Program-made: the position numbers and the translations under genes
The notes under the pieces: generated by a model
Told to the model about the DNA's origin: nothing
Database searches by the model: none
What the model saw: the letters and a program-made list of their open reading frames with translations, nothing else
Origin: Bugula neritina
Lineage: Eukaryota > Animalia > Bryozoa
DNA length: 64,000 nt
Reading direction: 5' to 3'
Assembly: GCA_964035545.1 (NCBI GenBank)
Contig: OZ037773.1
Coordinates: forward strand, 2,943,751-3,007,750
In this document: piece after piece, positions 15,858 through 30,800 of the stretch
How the letters are laid out: the number at the start of each line of letters is the position of its first letter
How positions within the stretch are numbered: position 1 is the first letter of the stretch

Positions 15858-18800
15858 ATGGAACAATCTATTATCATTTTGATAGCCTGCATAATAGGTA
15901 AGCTAGTATTTGGCATCAAAGTTATAATTTCTTTAATGTTTAAAGAAGCCCAAAAAACTTCAGCATGTAATTTAGTATCTAGCTCAAAATACTTACACAG
16001 AAAAGTTTTTGCATTACATATAATTTGTTTGCCAATAAGAACAGAGTCTTCTTTAAAATATTTGCAAATAATTTGTATTTAATTAACATAAACAGTAATG
16101 AGCAATTGGTTTTGTGGTGTGAGCTGAATTGTGATAGTAAGTGCAAGTACAAGTATATGATGTAGTAGTTTGACAGTGTCAGTGGCTCCTGTGTGACATT
16201 ATATACTGGAAATTAGTCTGAGACTTTATTGGTGAAAATTGATTGTCAATTCAGAGGGCGCCATTTCGCAACTATACACCATCATTTGAACGAAATAAAG
16301 ATAGTTTTGCTACATTCAGTGTTGAGTTAAAGATAAATGAGTGGTATAGTAAGAGCTGGTTGAGAAATGTCTAGACTCCAGTTGCTAGTAAAAAAAGACA
16401 ATCTTGAAGAGTTTAGCTGAAATTGTGGTTTAGTATTTGAATTAACAACATTTTTCAGTCAATTAGCAATCTCATAAAATATTGTATAACTGCTCCTTTC
16501 AACTGTTTCCTGCATATGATATGTGTATAACTGAGCATTTTTACTGGGTTCAAACTCCTCTACTGAAAGTGTCATTTGACTATAAAAGGGGTAGCAGGTA
16601 TAAAGCAATACCCTCATGTGAGTTGTTAAATTGGTGTGTTCAAACTACAACAGCAATGAATCAAATGCAAGTGGGGCAGGCCACATCAAACTATCTAGTT
16701 ACACTTGCCCCAGTAACTGCACTCTACTCCTTGTGAATCTCAGTTTTGTAACTAATTACTAGACACTCTATGGAGATGTAACTTCGTTTGCACATTGAGA
16801 GGCACTGCCATTGTATGGCTGAAAGCACTATATCTACCTGCCTCTGAAAAGAGAGGATCTTATTTTTATTGTTAACGGAATGACTAACTGAGCAACTGTG
16901 GCCCATTATTACTCTGTTATCAGATAGGCTCTCTCAGGCCTATCTAGATAGTAGACAGGTGTTCTACGTACAACTAGCTGGGCTTTCATTCTTGAGTAGG
17001 TAATTAATTTACTGCTAATTGTTTTTCTGCCGATGCTCCAAGATGATGATACATCAATGCTTGTAGTTTGTTATTTATTATATTCAGTAACCATTTGGCC
17101 AACAAAGCAGTCAATCCCGTTCGAACTGCGTGCGCATACTTTAGAACAGCCGTATTATGAATTCAACTAGTTAGGCCCACATTTACTGCATATCATAATG
17201 ATGTTTGAAGTTTATTGCCTTCGAGTTTGTGTTGTCAATTTTTGCTTTGTTCTTTGCCTAATGCTTTCTTTAATAAAGTTGAACTTTGGCTGGCTGCAAC
17301 TTCAAATATTTTATTTAGTAATGCACTTGACTAAGTAAACTTCAAATATTAGTTATTAGCAGATTATAATCTTTCTGGTTGCAGGTTTTTAAAAACTTTG
17401 TGACAGCATCAAGTCTAGCAGTACTATAGAGTTGTGCAACTGATACTGTATAAAATTGAATATATTGTTCAATTTGAAGATATTTGAGATATAGTATGTT
17501 GTGTGTGTCAATTTTGAAGACTATAGACTATTACCGTATGTAACAGCTGCCTTTCAAAAACATCTATCAGCTTTTTGATCTGGTAATGAGGAAAGTTTTC
17601 TGTTTGAGAAATATAGTACAGTCCATCTGAACATATTCCATTCCAAACTAGAAGTTGTAAATTAAAGCTGATTGAAAATAGGCATCTCTGTATTCACCTT
17701 TTTTTCTGCAGTTCGATTTGAAAACAACGCTTATGAAAGAGCTGCATTAAAGCTCTTGATATATATTACAGAATATGATTATTATGCACTAGGGCTATGA
17801 ATATTGTCTCCCCCCCTTCAAAATGCTGAACTAACTGCACAGCTGTCAGCTTATGTCATATTTATATCGGTCTTTAGTAACCAATATTCTGCTGTAAAGG
17901 TTTCTTCCAGACTAAGTTTATTATCTGCTACTCTTAGTACTAGCATACAAAGGAGTAATTTGATCATTAGCTGATACTCCCATGTGAAGTCCTGATCTAT
18001 TGCTAGTCAAATACAGCCAAATACAGGGCTTCTACTAGGCAATCTTTAAATTAGAGAACTAACTCACTGCAGGAGGACATAAAAGCAGGGATGTCGAAAA
18101 TGCAAAAGGAAAATGATAGCTAGCAAGAGTTGAATTTGTATCTTATATTCTTTCAGGTCTATCCTTTGCCACCTTTGACTTCACTGTAGTGCCGAGAGAT
18201 ACATCTGTAGTGGTTGGTCAGCAGGCATCACTGTCATGTAGCGCCACATACAACAATGGGACACCAGATGTATACTCATGGGAAAGAAATGGAGAATTGC
18301 TTTCAATGCGATCTACAGGTGTCAACAAGTGAGTTAATGTATAACAGACATAACAATGAACTGTATGAGCCAGTGGGTTAGTTTATGACTGACAAGTTTT
18401 TGACAGGTGTCAACTAGTGAGTTAGTTTATGACTGACAAGGTTTTGACAGGTGTCAACAAGTAAGTTTATGTGTAGTAGACATGACATTGTCAGATATCA
18501 ACCAATGAGTCAGTTAATGACCAACAAGGTATACATGGGCAGGTGTCAACAAGTGAGTGACAAGTTGTAACAACTTGCTTATTGCCAACTACCAATACTA
18601 AGCCTTATATAATATGTCAGACTGAAAAAAATATGTGCAGAGTAGAGGTTTTTCAAATAAGTTACTTCTGGCCAATATTTATAGCATAAGTTGTTTGCTT
18701 GTAAAATAAAGCGATCATGCTTCAAACCAAAAAGCATAAACTAGTGACAGAGCAGTGGCTCTGCAAAGAAACTGTTTCTCTGCCTCTAAGAGACAGTGTC

Positions 18801-21800
18801 AAACAGGTGGTTGCATGGGGTTTCTTGACTTGGCAATAGTCAGAATCAACTGCAACTTTATTTTACTTTCAATTCCACCATGCTGGTGTTTTGGTAATTC
18901 TGGATAACTTGCATAACTGAAGAATGGCCATGTCACCATTTCTTTTTCATTTGATTGACAGTTATGCTCAGATGAAAGGCTTGAGCATATTTTACTCTTT
19001 GAAGTTCTGTTTTTGTTTAAAGGCAATCTTTATCTATTTTTAGTTATTTCAAGCAACTAGATTCCATAACATAAATCACAGACAAAATTTTAATCTGAAC
19101 GGAAGTTGAATCTTCAGTCTGTCTCAACCTCTGGATATATTTGAATGATTGATACTAGATAATTGCAATTTATTTCGCTGTATTGAATAACAAAATAAAT
19201 GAGACAAGACTTTTGCATATCCACCCAAAGTCTGCATGTCCCATCACTCACACTGAGATATCAGCTTGGCCTTTGATGTTTTGTCAGTCACTGGGGTAAT
19301 AATTACTGAATCAGTTAATTAGTTGTCATGACTATGGAGGGAGGGGTTTGGGGTAACTCAGACTAATACAACACTAAGCCAACGTACTAACTGAAACATC
19401 ATTGTTCACTGACTGCTGGTTAGTTATCAATTTTTCAATGACCTTTATCAAATCTTTGTTTTTCTAGTAACCAGAAACCAGTGAAAGTATCAATGTTTCA
19501 AAAAATGGTTTTATTCAAGTCTGTATTACACAGTACTGTAGCTAGTTCAGTCTGCACTCTGTAAGAGCTAATTACTATGGTTTAGTATACTATTGTTGTT
19601 TAATTTATGTCTACAATGGCAGGTAATTACTGGCCACAAAACACTTCCCATTTATCTCTGTGTTTATAATCTCAGTTTTTGTTATTTCTAGAACCACTCA
19701 TATAGATTGGACAGATGTACAGTGTTTACATTTTGTTGATTTCTTGTTCTAGTCCAATGCATAATTTTCCTTTATTTATGCCCATAACTAAACATTAGTA
19801 ATTGTATGCCTTTATATACAAACACTGCATGGCTTTCTGTTCCAAGACTAAATCAATGTGTTATTAGTTTTTTAGATTTACATCTGATTTTGTTTGAATT
19901 TTATCGTAAGTTGTGTACTCAGATGGTATAATTTCCTGCAGGTTGATTCTGACCAACGGTTCAATAGTGTTCTCGTCCATCACCGACTCCGGCGCTTCTC
20001 CTGACACCGGCAGCTACAGGTGTATAGCGGAGAAGATCGGCAGCGGGGGTAAAGTTCACAGGATCGCCACCCCAGAGGTCTTTCTCCGCTCTGCATGTAA
20101 GACATTCTGTAATTGTAGTCCAAGTTTCTATGCTGTACATAGCTCAGCGGGCTTCTCACCGCTCCCCTCCCTGTCTTGAGTCATGTGACTGCAGTCTTTC
20201 TCTGCACTCACCTGCAGTCACCTGTCATAAGTTTCTCTAAACTCAGTGTTGAACTCAATCTATTCAATGATATTAGAGTTGAATTCAGGCAGCCATTTGC
20301 ATACTTGTGTTCTATTCACTCTACCCTCTCAGCATCTGACATTTCCATCCAGTTTAATATGATTCATTATATCTGATGATGAAGCATAAGTGTGCTGCTG
20401 TTATATACATCACTTATATTATTATTGCGTTACTCATATATCCCAATACAATGCAATTACTTATATATACAGTGTAACACTGTATTGCAGTATATTCCTA
20501 CTTAGGAGCAGTAGCGAAGAAATTGAGATAGCCTAAGTTCTTTAATTTTATTAATGAATTTGGTTTGGGGCCGTGGTTGAAATTCTCACGAGAACATAAC
20601 ATCTTTTGTTACATTTTTAATCTAGAACACAGGCTTTTCTCAATTTCTCCATAACTGCACCTACCTCATACTGTATTACTTCTACTACAGTGTAATACTG
20701 TATTACTTCTACTACAGTGTAATACTGTATTACTTCTACTATAGTGTATTACTGTATTACTTCTACTACAGTGTAATACTGTATTACTTCTACTACAGTG
20801 TAATACTATATTACTTCTACTACAGTGTAATACTGTATTACTTCTACTACAGTGTAATACTGTATTACTTCTACTACAGTGTGATACTGTATTACTTCTA
20901 CTACAGTGTATTACTGTATTACTTCTACTACAGTGTGATACTGTATTCTACTATAGTGTAATACTGTATTACTTCTACTACAGTGTAATACTGTATTATA
21001 TTGTTCTACCATCTGCCGACAGATATGGGTGACTTCACTATACAACCTGCAGACGTCAGCCTCAGCGCAGGTGAAAATGCTATGTTTGAGTGCCGCACTA
21101 ATGGTTTACCTGCCTCCACCTACACCTGGACCAAAGATGGCAACCCGATCTCAACATCAGAGGATATTCTTACACACGGTACCCTCTACTCTCTTTCATC
21201 TGGGTGTTTCCCAGTGCAGTATGGGTGCAACTTAGCTTACTGCATGCACTATTTTATGTCTTGTATGTTAGCCAGGTGCAGAAAATTGCTGATGATTTCT
21301 CTTTGCGAATAATGCTAGTTGGTACAGAACTACATTGCGGTATATACAGTGTATCTAACAACGCTTTGTTGGTGTATAAATTGAATCTTTAGTCCAAGAG
21401 ATAATAGTTGCCTTGGAAACTGTTTTGGTACACATATCACACTAATATGTGCACATATCACAGTAAAATGTCACTGTAATATGTGCACGTGTCACAGTAA
21501 TATGTGCACGTGTCACAGTAATATGTGCACGTGTCACAGTAATATGTGCACGTGTCACAGTAATATGTGCACGTGTCACAGTAATATGTGCACGTGTCAC
21601 AGTAATATGTGCACGTGTCACAGTAATATGTGCACGTGTCACAGTAGTATGTGCATGTGTCACAGTAGTCCTTCTGCTCTGTTACCGCCAATATTGTATG
21701 TTCTAGGTGACGGCGAGGTGCTGGAGGTGCAGAGTGTGGCAGCGTCAGCCGAGGGGTCGTATCAATGTCATGCCACTAACATAGCAGGGGTTAAACGGAG

Positions 21801-24800
21801 CAGCAGTGCCTATTTGAGTGTTCAGCCTGCAGCAGGTGAATTGTGTTATATACTCAGACTATATATCAGTGTTGTGTGCAGGTAACTACTGTGTGTACAT
21901 ACTCAGACTACAGTACTGTACATGTAACCAATGTAATAATACTGTAACTTGTCATTTCTGTGATAAAATGAGAATTTAATGAGAATAGACTCCTTGCACT
22001 AATTTAACCAGTAATTACTTTGAAGCATCTGTAGTGATATGTCTTAGTCAAACATTTTCAATTATCAGTTAGAGTTAATCTGGTACTAGATCAGCAGTTC
22101 TATTGGCTGCTTTCACTTCTTATCCAGCAGCTCAAACCCTCCTCCCTCATATATTATATTTACTCTGATTTTTCTGGAGGGGAAACTGTTTTTCTAGCTG
22201 ACTATGCAGTACCAGTACAATTATAACCAGTTACCCTAAACTTTTGTTATTGAAAAAAATACAGCTCAAGGCATATATGAATGTAAGAAGTCAATGATAT
22301 GCTGTATCATTGGTATTGGAGCTGTATTGACCATGCCTGTGGTGTCACTTGCTAATTGTCAATACCACAGAACCTTTGTTACACTTCTGCTAGTGTTGAT
22401 GTGTTGAAAGTCTGCTAGTGTTGATGTGTTGAAAGTCTGCTAGTATTGATGTGTTGAAAGTCTGCTAGTATTGATGTGTTGAAAGTCTGCTAGTGTTGAT
22501 GTGTTGCACGTCTGCTAGTGTTGATGTGTTGAAAGTCTACTAGTGTTGAAATGTTGAAAGTCTGCTAGTGTTGATGTGTTGAAAGTCTGCTAGTGTTGAA
22601 ATGTTGAAAGTCTGCTAGTGTTGATGTGTTGACCTCTGCTAGTGTTAAACATAGTCTGCTAGTTTTAAACGTCTGCTCTGTTGACTCAGTGAAATCAATC
22701 TCTCTTCTCCCTCATGTTTAATTCAGGAGATGCCTCAGTCAAGAACGTAAGCATTGAAGTGGCCTTTAGCAGTTGTTTATTGACTCTTAACTCAGTCACA
22801 GTCCTTAGCTCTGTCATAGACATATAATACTGTTAGCTTAAGCATATGCTGGCTGTCCCTCATAGCTGGATATAAACTAACAGCTGACTCTGTTTGTGTC
22901 TTCCACTCTCTACTCCCCTCCTCTCTCTCACTACCACTCCACTCTCTCTACTCCCCCTCCTCTCTCTCACTCCCCTCCACTCTCTCACTACCCCTCCACT
23001 CTCTACTCCCCTCCACTCTCTCACTCCCCTCCTCTCTCTCTCTCCACCTCCTCCACTCCCTGATTCCCCCACTATCTTTCTCTTCACTCCACTCCCTCAC
23101 TTCCCCTCCACTCCTTTTCTCTTCACTTCACTCAATCTCTCCTTCACCCCCCCCACTCCCATCACAGGCAGATGTTTAAACCTTTATTACCAATCTGCAT
23201 AATTCCATTGAGTATGCATGTAGAAGTTGTATTACACAGATGGCAGGCTGTAAACGTGATAATAGTCACAAAAGTTTTGTAACTATGTATTCATAATGCA
23301 ATTAAATATCTATATATTTCAGTTATATAAGTAAACAAGATGAGATGACAATGCTCTTATATAGAACATAAATATATACACTGGGTGTGGGCACATAAAT
23401 ATCTTATTCTAATAACTAATGTGGTTAGCTTTTAATAGAATTAGCAAACAAATAACAAAGGTCACTGTAAGTTATAGTTAGAGATGTCCCAATCTTTTGT
23501 ACTCATAGATATGTGTGCATATTGATTATTTTATTGCAATCAGGTAAAGCAAAACAACAGCAGTGTTTATGTACACTAGTCCATGGCTGTTGCCATCTGA
23601 TAAATAAAGATATCTGCTGGTGATCTATCAATTAGTTTGATGGAAGAAAGACTATCAACACACAAACTATTAAATTTATCTCTCACTCTATTAGTGTTGA
23701 GACACAAGATTGTTGGTCTAGAGATCAATGTTTTTGTCGGTTAAGAAAAATTGTAACTTTTCCAGAGCTTTTATGTATAAATACACCAGTACTTTATTTT
23801 GGCTATTTTTCTTGATTATGAAGATGAGCCTGCAATTGAATGATTAACCTAGATTAAAATCACAGTTGGTAGAATCGTTTGCTCTTGGTGAAGCCCGAAC
23901 TGATGTTGTATAATATATGCAGTGTGAACTGTCAACAGAGAGGCTATGTGAAATATATTCACTTTCCATAAGCCAATAGTTTTGATGCAAAAAAAGCTGA
24001 AAATATAATGACAGGTTTCTACTAATTATTTATGTTATCTGACAATCACGGAAAAACCAACAACCAATGTCTGACTTCTACACAATGAGGATTGTTATTG
24101 TGCGCGTTATTTTATCACGTAATTTACCTGGGCGTCTATTCTTTTTCACTTGTAGGTGGGTCCACTGCTCCAGCCTTTATTGTTAGACCGAGAGATGTGT
24201 CTGTGAAGAAGGGCTCCAAGGCTATCCTCTACTGTGCTGTCACCGGACTGGGTGCTAGTGGCAACAAGCCGGTGCTGACATGGCTTCGATCTGGCAGCAC
24301 AATCAACATAGCTGAGTATGTCTCTCATACAACATATTACATGCCACATAAAGCTTTTCAATTTTAACACAAACCAAAGTTTGAAAAAGTCAGTTGGGAA
24401 ATAAGCAGTTTTTTATATCGTATTTAGAGTTGGCTCCTTTTCAAGTCTGTAGGTTATGAGAGATGGCTTTGGGTTATTATTTCATGCGTATATGTATTTA
24501 TTTATAATACACTGTATATGTATTCATACATATAACACTGTGTATGTATTCATATATAATACACTGTATATGTATTCATATATATTACACTGTATATGTT
24601 ATTCATATATATTACACTGTATATGTATTCATATATATTACACTGTATATGTATTCATATATATTACACTGTATATGTATTTATATATATATTACACTGT
24701 ATATGTATTCATATATAATACACTGTATATGTATTCATATATAATACACTGTATATGTATTCATATATATTACACTGTATATGTATTTATATATATATAT

Positions 24801-27800
24801 TACACTGTATATGTATTTATATATACTACACTGTGTATGTATTCATATATATTACGCTGTATATGTATTCATATATATTACACTGTATATGCATTTATAT
24901 ATATTACACTGTGTATGTATTCATATATAATACACTGTATATGTATTCATATATATTACACTGTATATGTATTCATATATATTACACTGTATATGTATTT
25001 ATATATATATTACACTGTATATGTATTCATATATAATACACTGTATATGTATTCATATATAATACACTGTATATGTATTCATATATATTACACTGTATAT
25101 GTATTTATATATATATATATTACACTGTATATGTATTTATATATACTACACTGTGTATGTATTCATATATATTACGCTGTATATGTATTCATATATATTA
25201 CACTGTATATGCATTTATATATATTACACTGTGTATGTATTCATATATAATACACTGTATATGTATTCATATATATTACACTGTATATGTATTCATTTAT
25301 ATATTACATTGTATATGCATTCATTTATATTACACTGTATATGTATTCATGTCCATTACACAGTATATTATTTATTTATATTACACCATGTTATATTCTT
25401 ACCACAAAGGAGTGGCGGCCACTATCAGTTGCTGGGGGGTGGATCCTTACAGATAAACAATGTTGGGCCTGCAGATGAAGGTAAATACACATGCAGGGGA
25501 GATAACTTGATTGACATATCAGATGCCGAGGCTACAGTTACTGTACTCGGTAAGTATTTTTTCTAATAGTTGCTTAACTTTTCCCATCATCTAATGATAA
25601 CCTAGAAATCTTATTTCTCCAGTATATCTTCCAGTATATGATTTGTCGGTTGCTATCTATTGGTGTCAGTTTTAAAACGTGTACTAATTGGTCAACTTAA
25701 TACAAAATGCTAAGTTATTGTTAAGTTAGTTTTCATTTTCACAAGTTACTTACAAATTGTCATTGCACTACTTTCTTCGTCTGCTTGCAGTTGCTCCGTA
25801 CTTCGCCACGAGACCTGCCAACACCGATGCCTATGTGAATGGAGATGCTGAACTCAAATGTGACATCAGAGGTTATCCGCTTCCCACTGTGTCTTGGCTC
25901 AAGGTATCTGCACACTTTCTTCTCCCCTTTTCACCCTTCTCTCCTTTCCTGCTCTCTTTCTGCCCCTTTCCTCCATCCCCCCTCTCTCCTTTCTCCCTCT
26001 CCCTTCTCCCCCTTCTGCTTCCTTTTCCCTTCTCCCTCTCTCTCCTTTCTCTCTCCCTTCTCTCTCCTTGCTCTCTCCCTTCTCTCCCTTCTCTCCCTTC
26101 TTCCCATCCAGTCTATCAAGTATACAGTGTAGTAATGTATGCTACTTTTTGTATCATAGTTCATATATATTTATATAATAGCTGCAGATACTCCTACTAG
26201 CTGCAGATTTACGTCGTAATGCAATTAGTTTGACAACATCATTCTCGTAACGTGCCTGAAGATGTAGCCAATGTTTTTCATCTTTTAATTTTCACTGAAA
26301 TTGAGTTTGTTACACTGTCACAATGACCCTCCTCACTGTTGTCTATTTTATAGAACTCCAACTATGTAAACATAGACCAGTACTCTCGCATGGTGGGAGG
26401 TAATTTAAAGACGATGGCACTCATGCCATCAGACGCCGGGTATTACCAGTGCATTGGGGTAAACTCAGTGGGTTCTGTATACGCCACTGCTGAGCTGACC
26501 GTACTAGTAGATGGAGGTATGTTTTTAGTTCCCTCTATCTGAGTTACAAGGTGAAGGTGGATTTTAACTATTTGAGTCATAGTAACTTATACATAAGCAT
26601 ATTGAGGTAATCGTAAAATATAATGAATTCCAAGTATTTGAATTAAGATAAAATGTAGTTCTTGAGAGACTTGCTATTTACTTATCACCATTGGCTATGC
26701 TGTGCATGTTGTTTTTCTATTATTTTGAAACTTCTCATTTAAAATCAGTTAAATTTAGTTCTGTTTCAAGTAGAAAGTTAAATAGTGTCTATATTTGTTG
26801 CTGCCTTCAGATGCTGACACAGTGAGCACTGTATCCCGGTCACCTCTAGACCTGACCAACTACACGCATTCAGGGCTGCCGCTGCCACCAGCCTCCCTGC
26901 AGGCTGTCCTGATATCATATACCTACATCACTTTGAGCTGGGAGAGCTCCAGTACACCTGAGATACCTGTCAGTGGCTACACTGTGTCAGCTGTCTCCTT
27001 GTCTGACCCGGCAGCCAGTGCAAGGTGGGTGTAAAAACTGACAGCCAGTATAAGGCGGGTGTCAAAGTGACACATGGTGCAAGGTAAGTGTAAAAACTGA
27101 CAGCCAGTGCAAGGTGAGTGTAAAAACTGACAGCCAGCACAAAGTGGGTGAGAAAACTGGCAGATAGTGCAAAGTGACCGCTGTGGTTCAGCCAGAGATC
27201 AATAATTAATGGAGCAGTTTAAAGTAGTGACGTTTTACTATCTACACATGATAACAATGAACATACTGGTGTTGCTACTTTAGACTGAGAACTGCATCAA
27301 CAACATCTACAGACTACACTATGCAAGGCCTTCAACCCGACACAAACTATCTGTTCAGGATTTATGCCTATAACTCTAAAGGCAGGAGCCTTGCTAGTCA
27401 GGTACATGTATTCTGCTTGTGGAATATTTTAAAAATATATGTGCGAGTTATAGTTTTTGGAGAAGATTAAAGATATCCTGACAGTTCTTGGATTTTATTG
27501 GTCTGATTATTTGCTGTATATAATTTTTCTGACATGTTGATTCATATTGTGGAAATCTCTTTATAAAAATCGTAACTCAGGAATCAATTGGCCTGTGATG
27601 AGTGATGATGTTGTACTAATAATATAATGATTATATTATATCAAGATAAAGATGTAGTAATAGTAGTAATGTTACTGGGATGAGCTCACATTTTGAGTAA
27701 AGTCCATCTATCCCCGCATCCCCCCCCCCCCCCCCCGCCTAGTAGAGCTAAGTCACTAGTAGAAGCCTGCATCAGCAAAGTGCTGAGATACAACTAATAT

Positions 27801-30800
27801 TAGTGATGATAATTGGTCCCTCATAACAAATTTGTTACTATAATGATTTTTATTTTTATCTAAAAAATTCCAGGGTAATGCACGTCGTCATACCAGCATT
27901 TCAGCATTTGATAATGATGCCAAGTTGCTGTATGAACTTCAAATAGTTGTTATTGTTGTGATTCCACACCCTTATTGTTTTCCAAAATGAATCATTATTC
28001 ATCATCACCATTCCAAGGCAAGCTGATGGACCTTGTACTGTAAGCAACAGAATGTAGCCCGTGTTCTGTCTTTTTAGGATCTAACAGTACGTACTAATGC
28101 GGAGGTGGCAGTGCCAGGCCCCGTAGGATCTATAAACATTACTCATATTAGTGAAGACAGTCTAGGTGTGGCGTGGGATGAACCTTCCAATACTAATGGC
28201 CCCATCACTGAGTACAAGTGAGTTTGAAATGTAGCCTCTTTAGGAGCAGTAGTGGAGAAATTGAGATAGCTAAAGTTCTTTAAATTTCTTTTTAAATTTT
28301 GGTTTGGAGTGCGGGTTGAATTTTTTGCGAGAGAATAACTTCTTTTGCTACATTTTTAATCTAGAACACAGGCTTTTCTCAATTTCTCCATTATTGCACC
28401 TACCTTTTTTTTGTTAAATGTGAGTTCATGAAATAATTCACTATGGATGCTGAAATTAGCTGCTAGAAACAGCGCAAAGAGATGTTCGATAACCAACTAC
28501 ACCAGGCAAAGTGTTTGTATAATAGATGCTCTGCTCTTTCAACCTTGTGCTCTTTTTATTCTGATGGTGTGAGTCACTCAACACCTTGCCAAGCTCTGGC
28601 TGTTTGTTGCCTGTGTACCATGTAGTTTTGTTACTTTAGCGTTAGTTATGAATTTGGGTTTGGTAAATATATCTTTTACTTAATATATTGGTTTGGTTTG
28701 ATATTTGCTGACGTTTATAAGCTGAAAGTCAGCTAACTCAAGTCACGGACCAATGTATACTTTCCGCTGAAATTACTCAATTGTTGGTAATTGTTGCTCT
28801 TTAGATTTAATGTTCAGGAATCTCTGACACACACGTTTATGTAGTATTGAAATATTGATATATGTTTCATCTATCATCTACAGACTGTTTGAGAGTTTTA
28901 TGCTCAAATAGTTTTGTCGTATAATAAATTTTGTACCTGTGCTAATGATGGTTTAGTCTGTGGTAATGTAAAACTAATATAGGAATTATTGCTAACTTTC
29001 ATTGCATGCTATTCTTGGCTGCTGCAACACACAGTTTAATCATTAGGCTGATTTCAAAAATTGTAAACTGTTATTGACTATTGACTTGTTAGTATACTAT
29101 AATATACTTGTCAATAATATAGACTACCATGTGTTAGTATACTATAATATACTTGTCAATAATATAGACTACCATTTGTGAGTATACTATAATATACTTG
29201 TCAATAATATAGACTACCATTTGTGAGTATACTATAATATACTTGTCAATAATATAGACTACCATTTGTTAGTATACTATAATATACTTGTCAATAATAA
29301 GCCTCTAATTGATCTTCTATAGAATTTTCTACTATTCCACTGACCAATCAAAAGAATCCAACATGTCCTCGGTGACAGCATCAGCGTTGATAGAGAACCT
29401 TGACCCTTACACGCAATACCGATTGAGAGTCGTGGCTTACAATGAAAATGGTGAAGGGATGCCATCCAGCGAAGTTCCAGTGCGAACTCTTTCTACTCGT
29501 AAGTTTACAGTGTGAGAGGAAGTGATGTCATAGGAGTTGGTGTTACAGAAGCAGAGAGAGGACAATTTTCTATGTTTCTGCTATTCAAACCTATTTGTAG
29601 CTGTTTCAGAGTGACCATACTGCATGACTCCGTCATGTGATCCCACCACAATGCATTTTACCTGTTCCAATTCTTTCAAACATAGATATAACATATACGT
29701 AGCTGGAAACTCTATGATAGTAGCTGTAAGCTATAGGTGATTGTGTATCCTGTAGGCCCAAGTGCAGCTCCTTTGAGGGTGTCGGCTCAACCTACTGGAG
29801 TTTACTCTATAATGCTCAAGTGGTCACCGCCCCCTCCTGACACAGTCAATGGTCAACTCACGGGCTACAAAATCAGATATAAGGCTAAAGACAGGTTGGT
29901 ATTAGATATTTTATCCAGGAGTGTGTTCACGGATACTTTATTGATTAGGATACAGATATACTGATTGATTAAGGGAACCAGCAGCACCCCACCCTTCTTG
30001 GAATAAAAAATATGAGCTACTTATATTCTACAATTTCGCTCATTTCAACTGTGCATTTGCTTGTTGAGGGAACATATTGTATATGCACTGAAATGCAATT
30101 GATGTCATGTTTATTGATTAATATATATTGTTGTAGCTCTTCAGACCTGGATAGGTATTCCAAGCTATTATTAAATAGATAAGATAACTCCCAAGCTTTG
30201 TTGCTTTATTTGTATTTCTTATAAAAACTTTTCCTTGTTTTTATACAACACGCTTACTAGTTATCAATTAGTTTTATAGTTTATGTTTTGCATTTTAATT
30301 GTTGTAATGCATTTGTATTGTAAGTTTTGTTGCGTATTTGTTTTTCTGGAAGCTGTAAATCATGTATATAATCTTGTTATATGACATGTAACTTATGCAC
30401 ATGTATTTGGATTTGTGTCCACAATTCACACCTAGAGTCGTGCTCTCACTGTAACATATCTTCTACATCACTATAATATGTCAGTCTCGTGCTTACAAGG
30501 CATTAGTTTTACCTGTGCTTACTATTCTCTCTTTCGTGTGGTCACATAGTATCAGTTCTACCTGTTTATTGCCTGCTGCCACTGAACTTTGTTCCCGAGG
30601 CTTCAATTCACTGTTGCATGAAATATCACAGAAACTCACTCGGCCTGGAAATGTCTAAAAGCAACTCATAAAATTTTTTTTTCATTGTGCAATAGACAAG
30701 ATCGTTTCCTTCTCAAATGTTGACTGTATTTCACACAGTTGTTAAAAAACTCAACTTTTACAGGTTTTCTAGTCCCTTTCCCATTAGAAGTGTTTTCACT

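Noticed and set aside
21442-21700. MCTCHSN and YYCDTCT repeat ORFs resembling metal-binding proteins
   Set aside because: A 21-bp intronic minisatellite open in several frames; the real exon starts at 21707.
22727-22746. Candidate 20-nt micro-exon between Ig2 and Ig3 (ttcag|gagatgcctcagtcaagaac|gtaagc)
   Set aside because: Good splice sites but it shifts the frame between two phase-1 junctions and no compensating exon was found; left out of the model, though it could be a poison exon.
24456-25400. 264-aa and overlapping Y/I/H/C-rich ORFs
   Set aside because: Translations of the AT-rich minisatellite inside an Ig3 intron.
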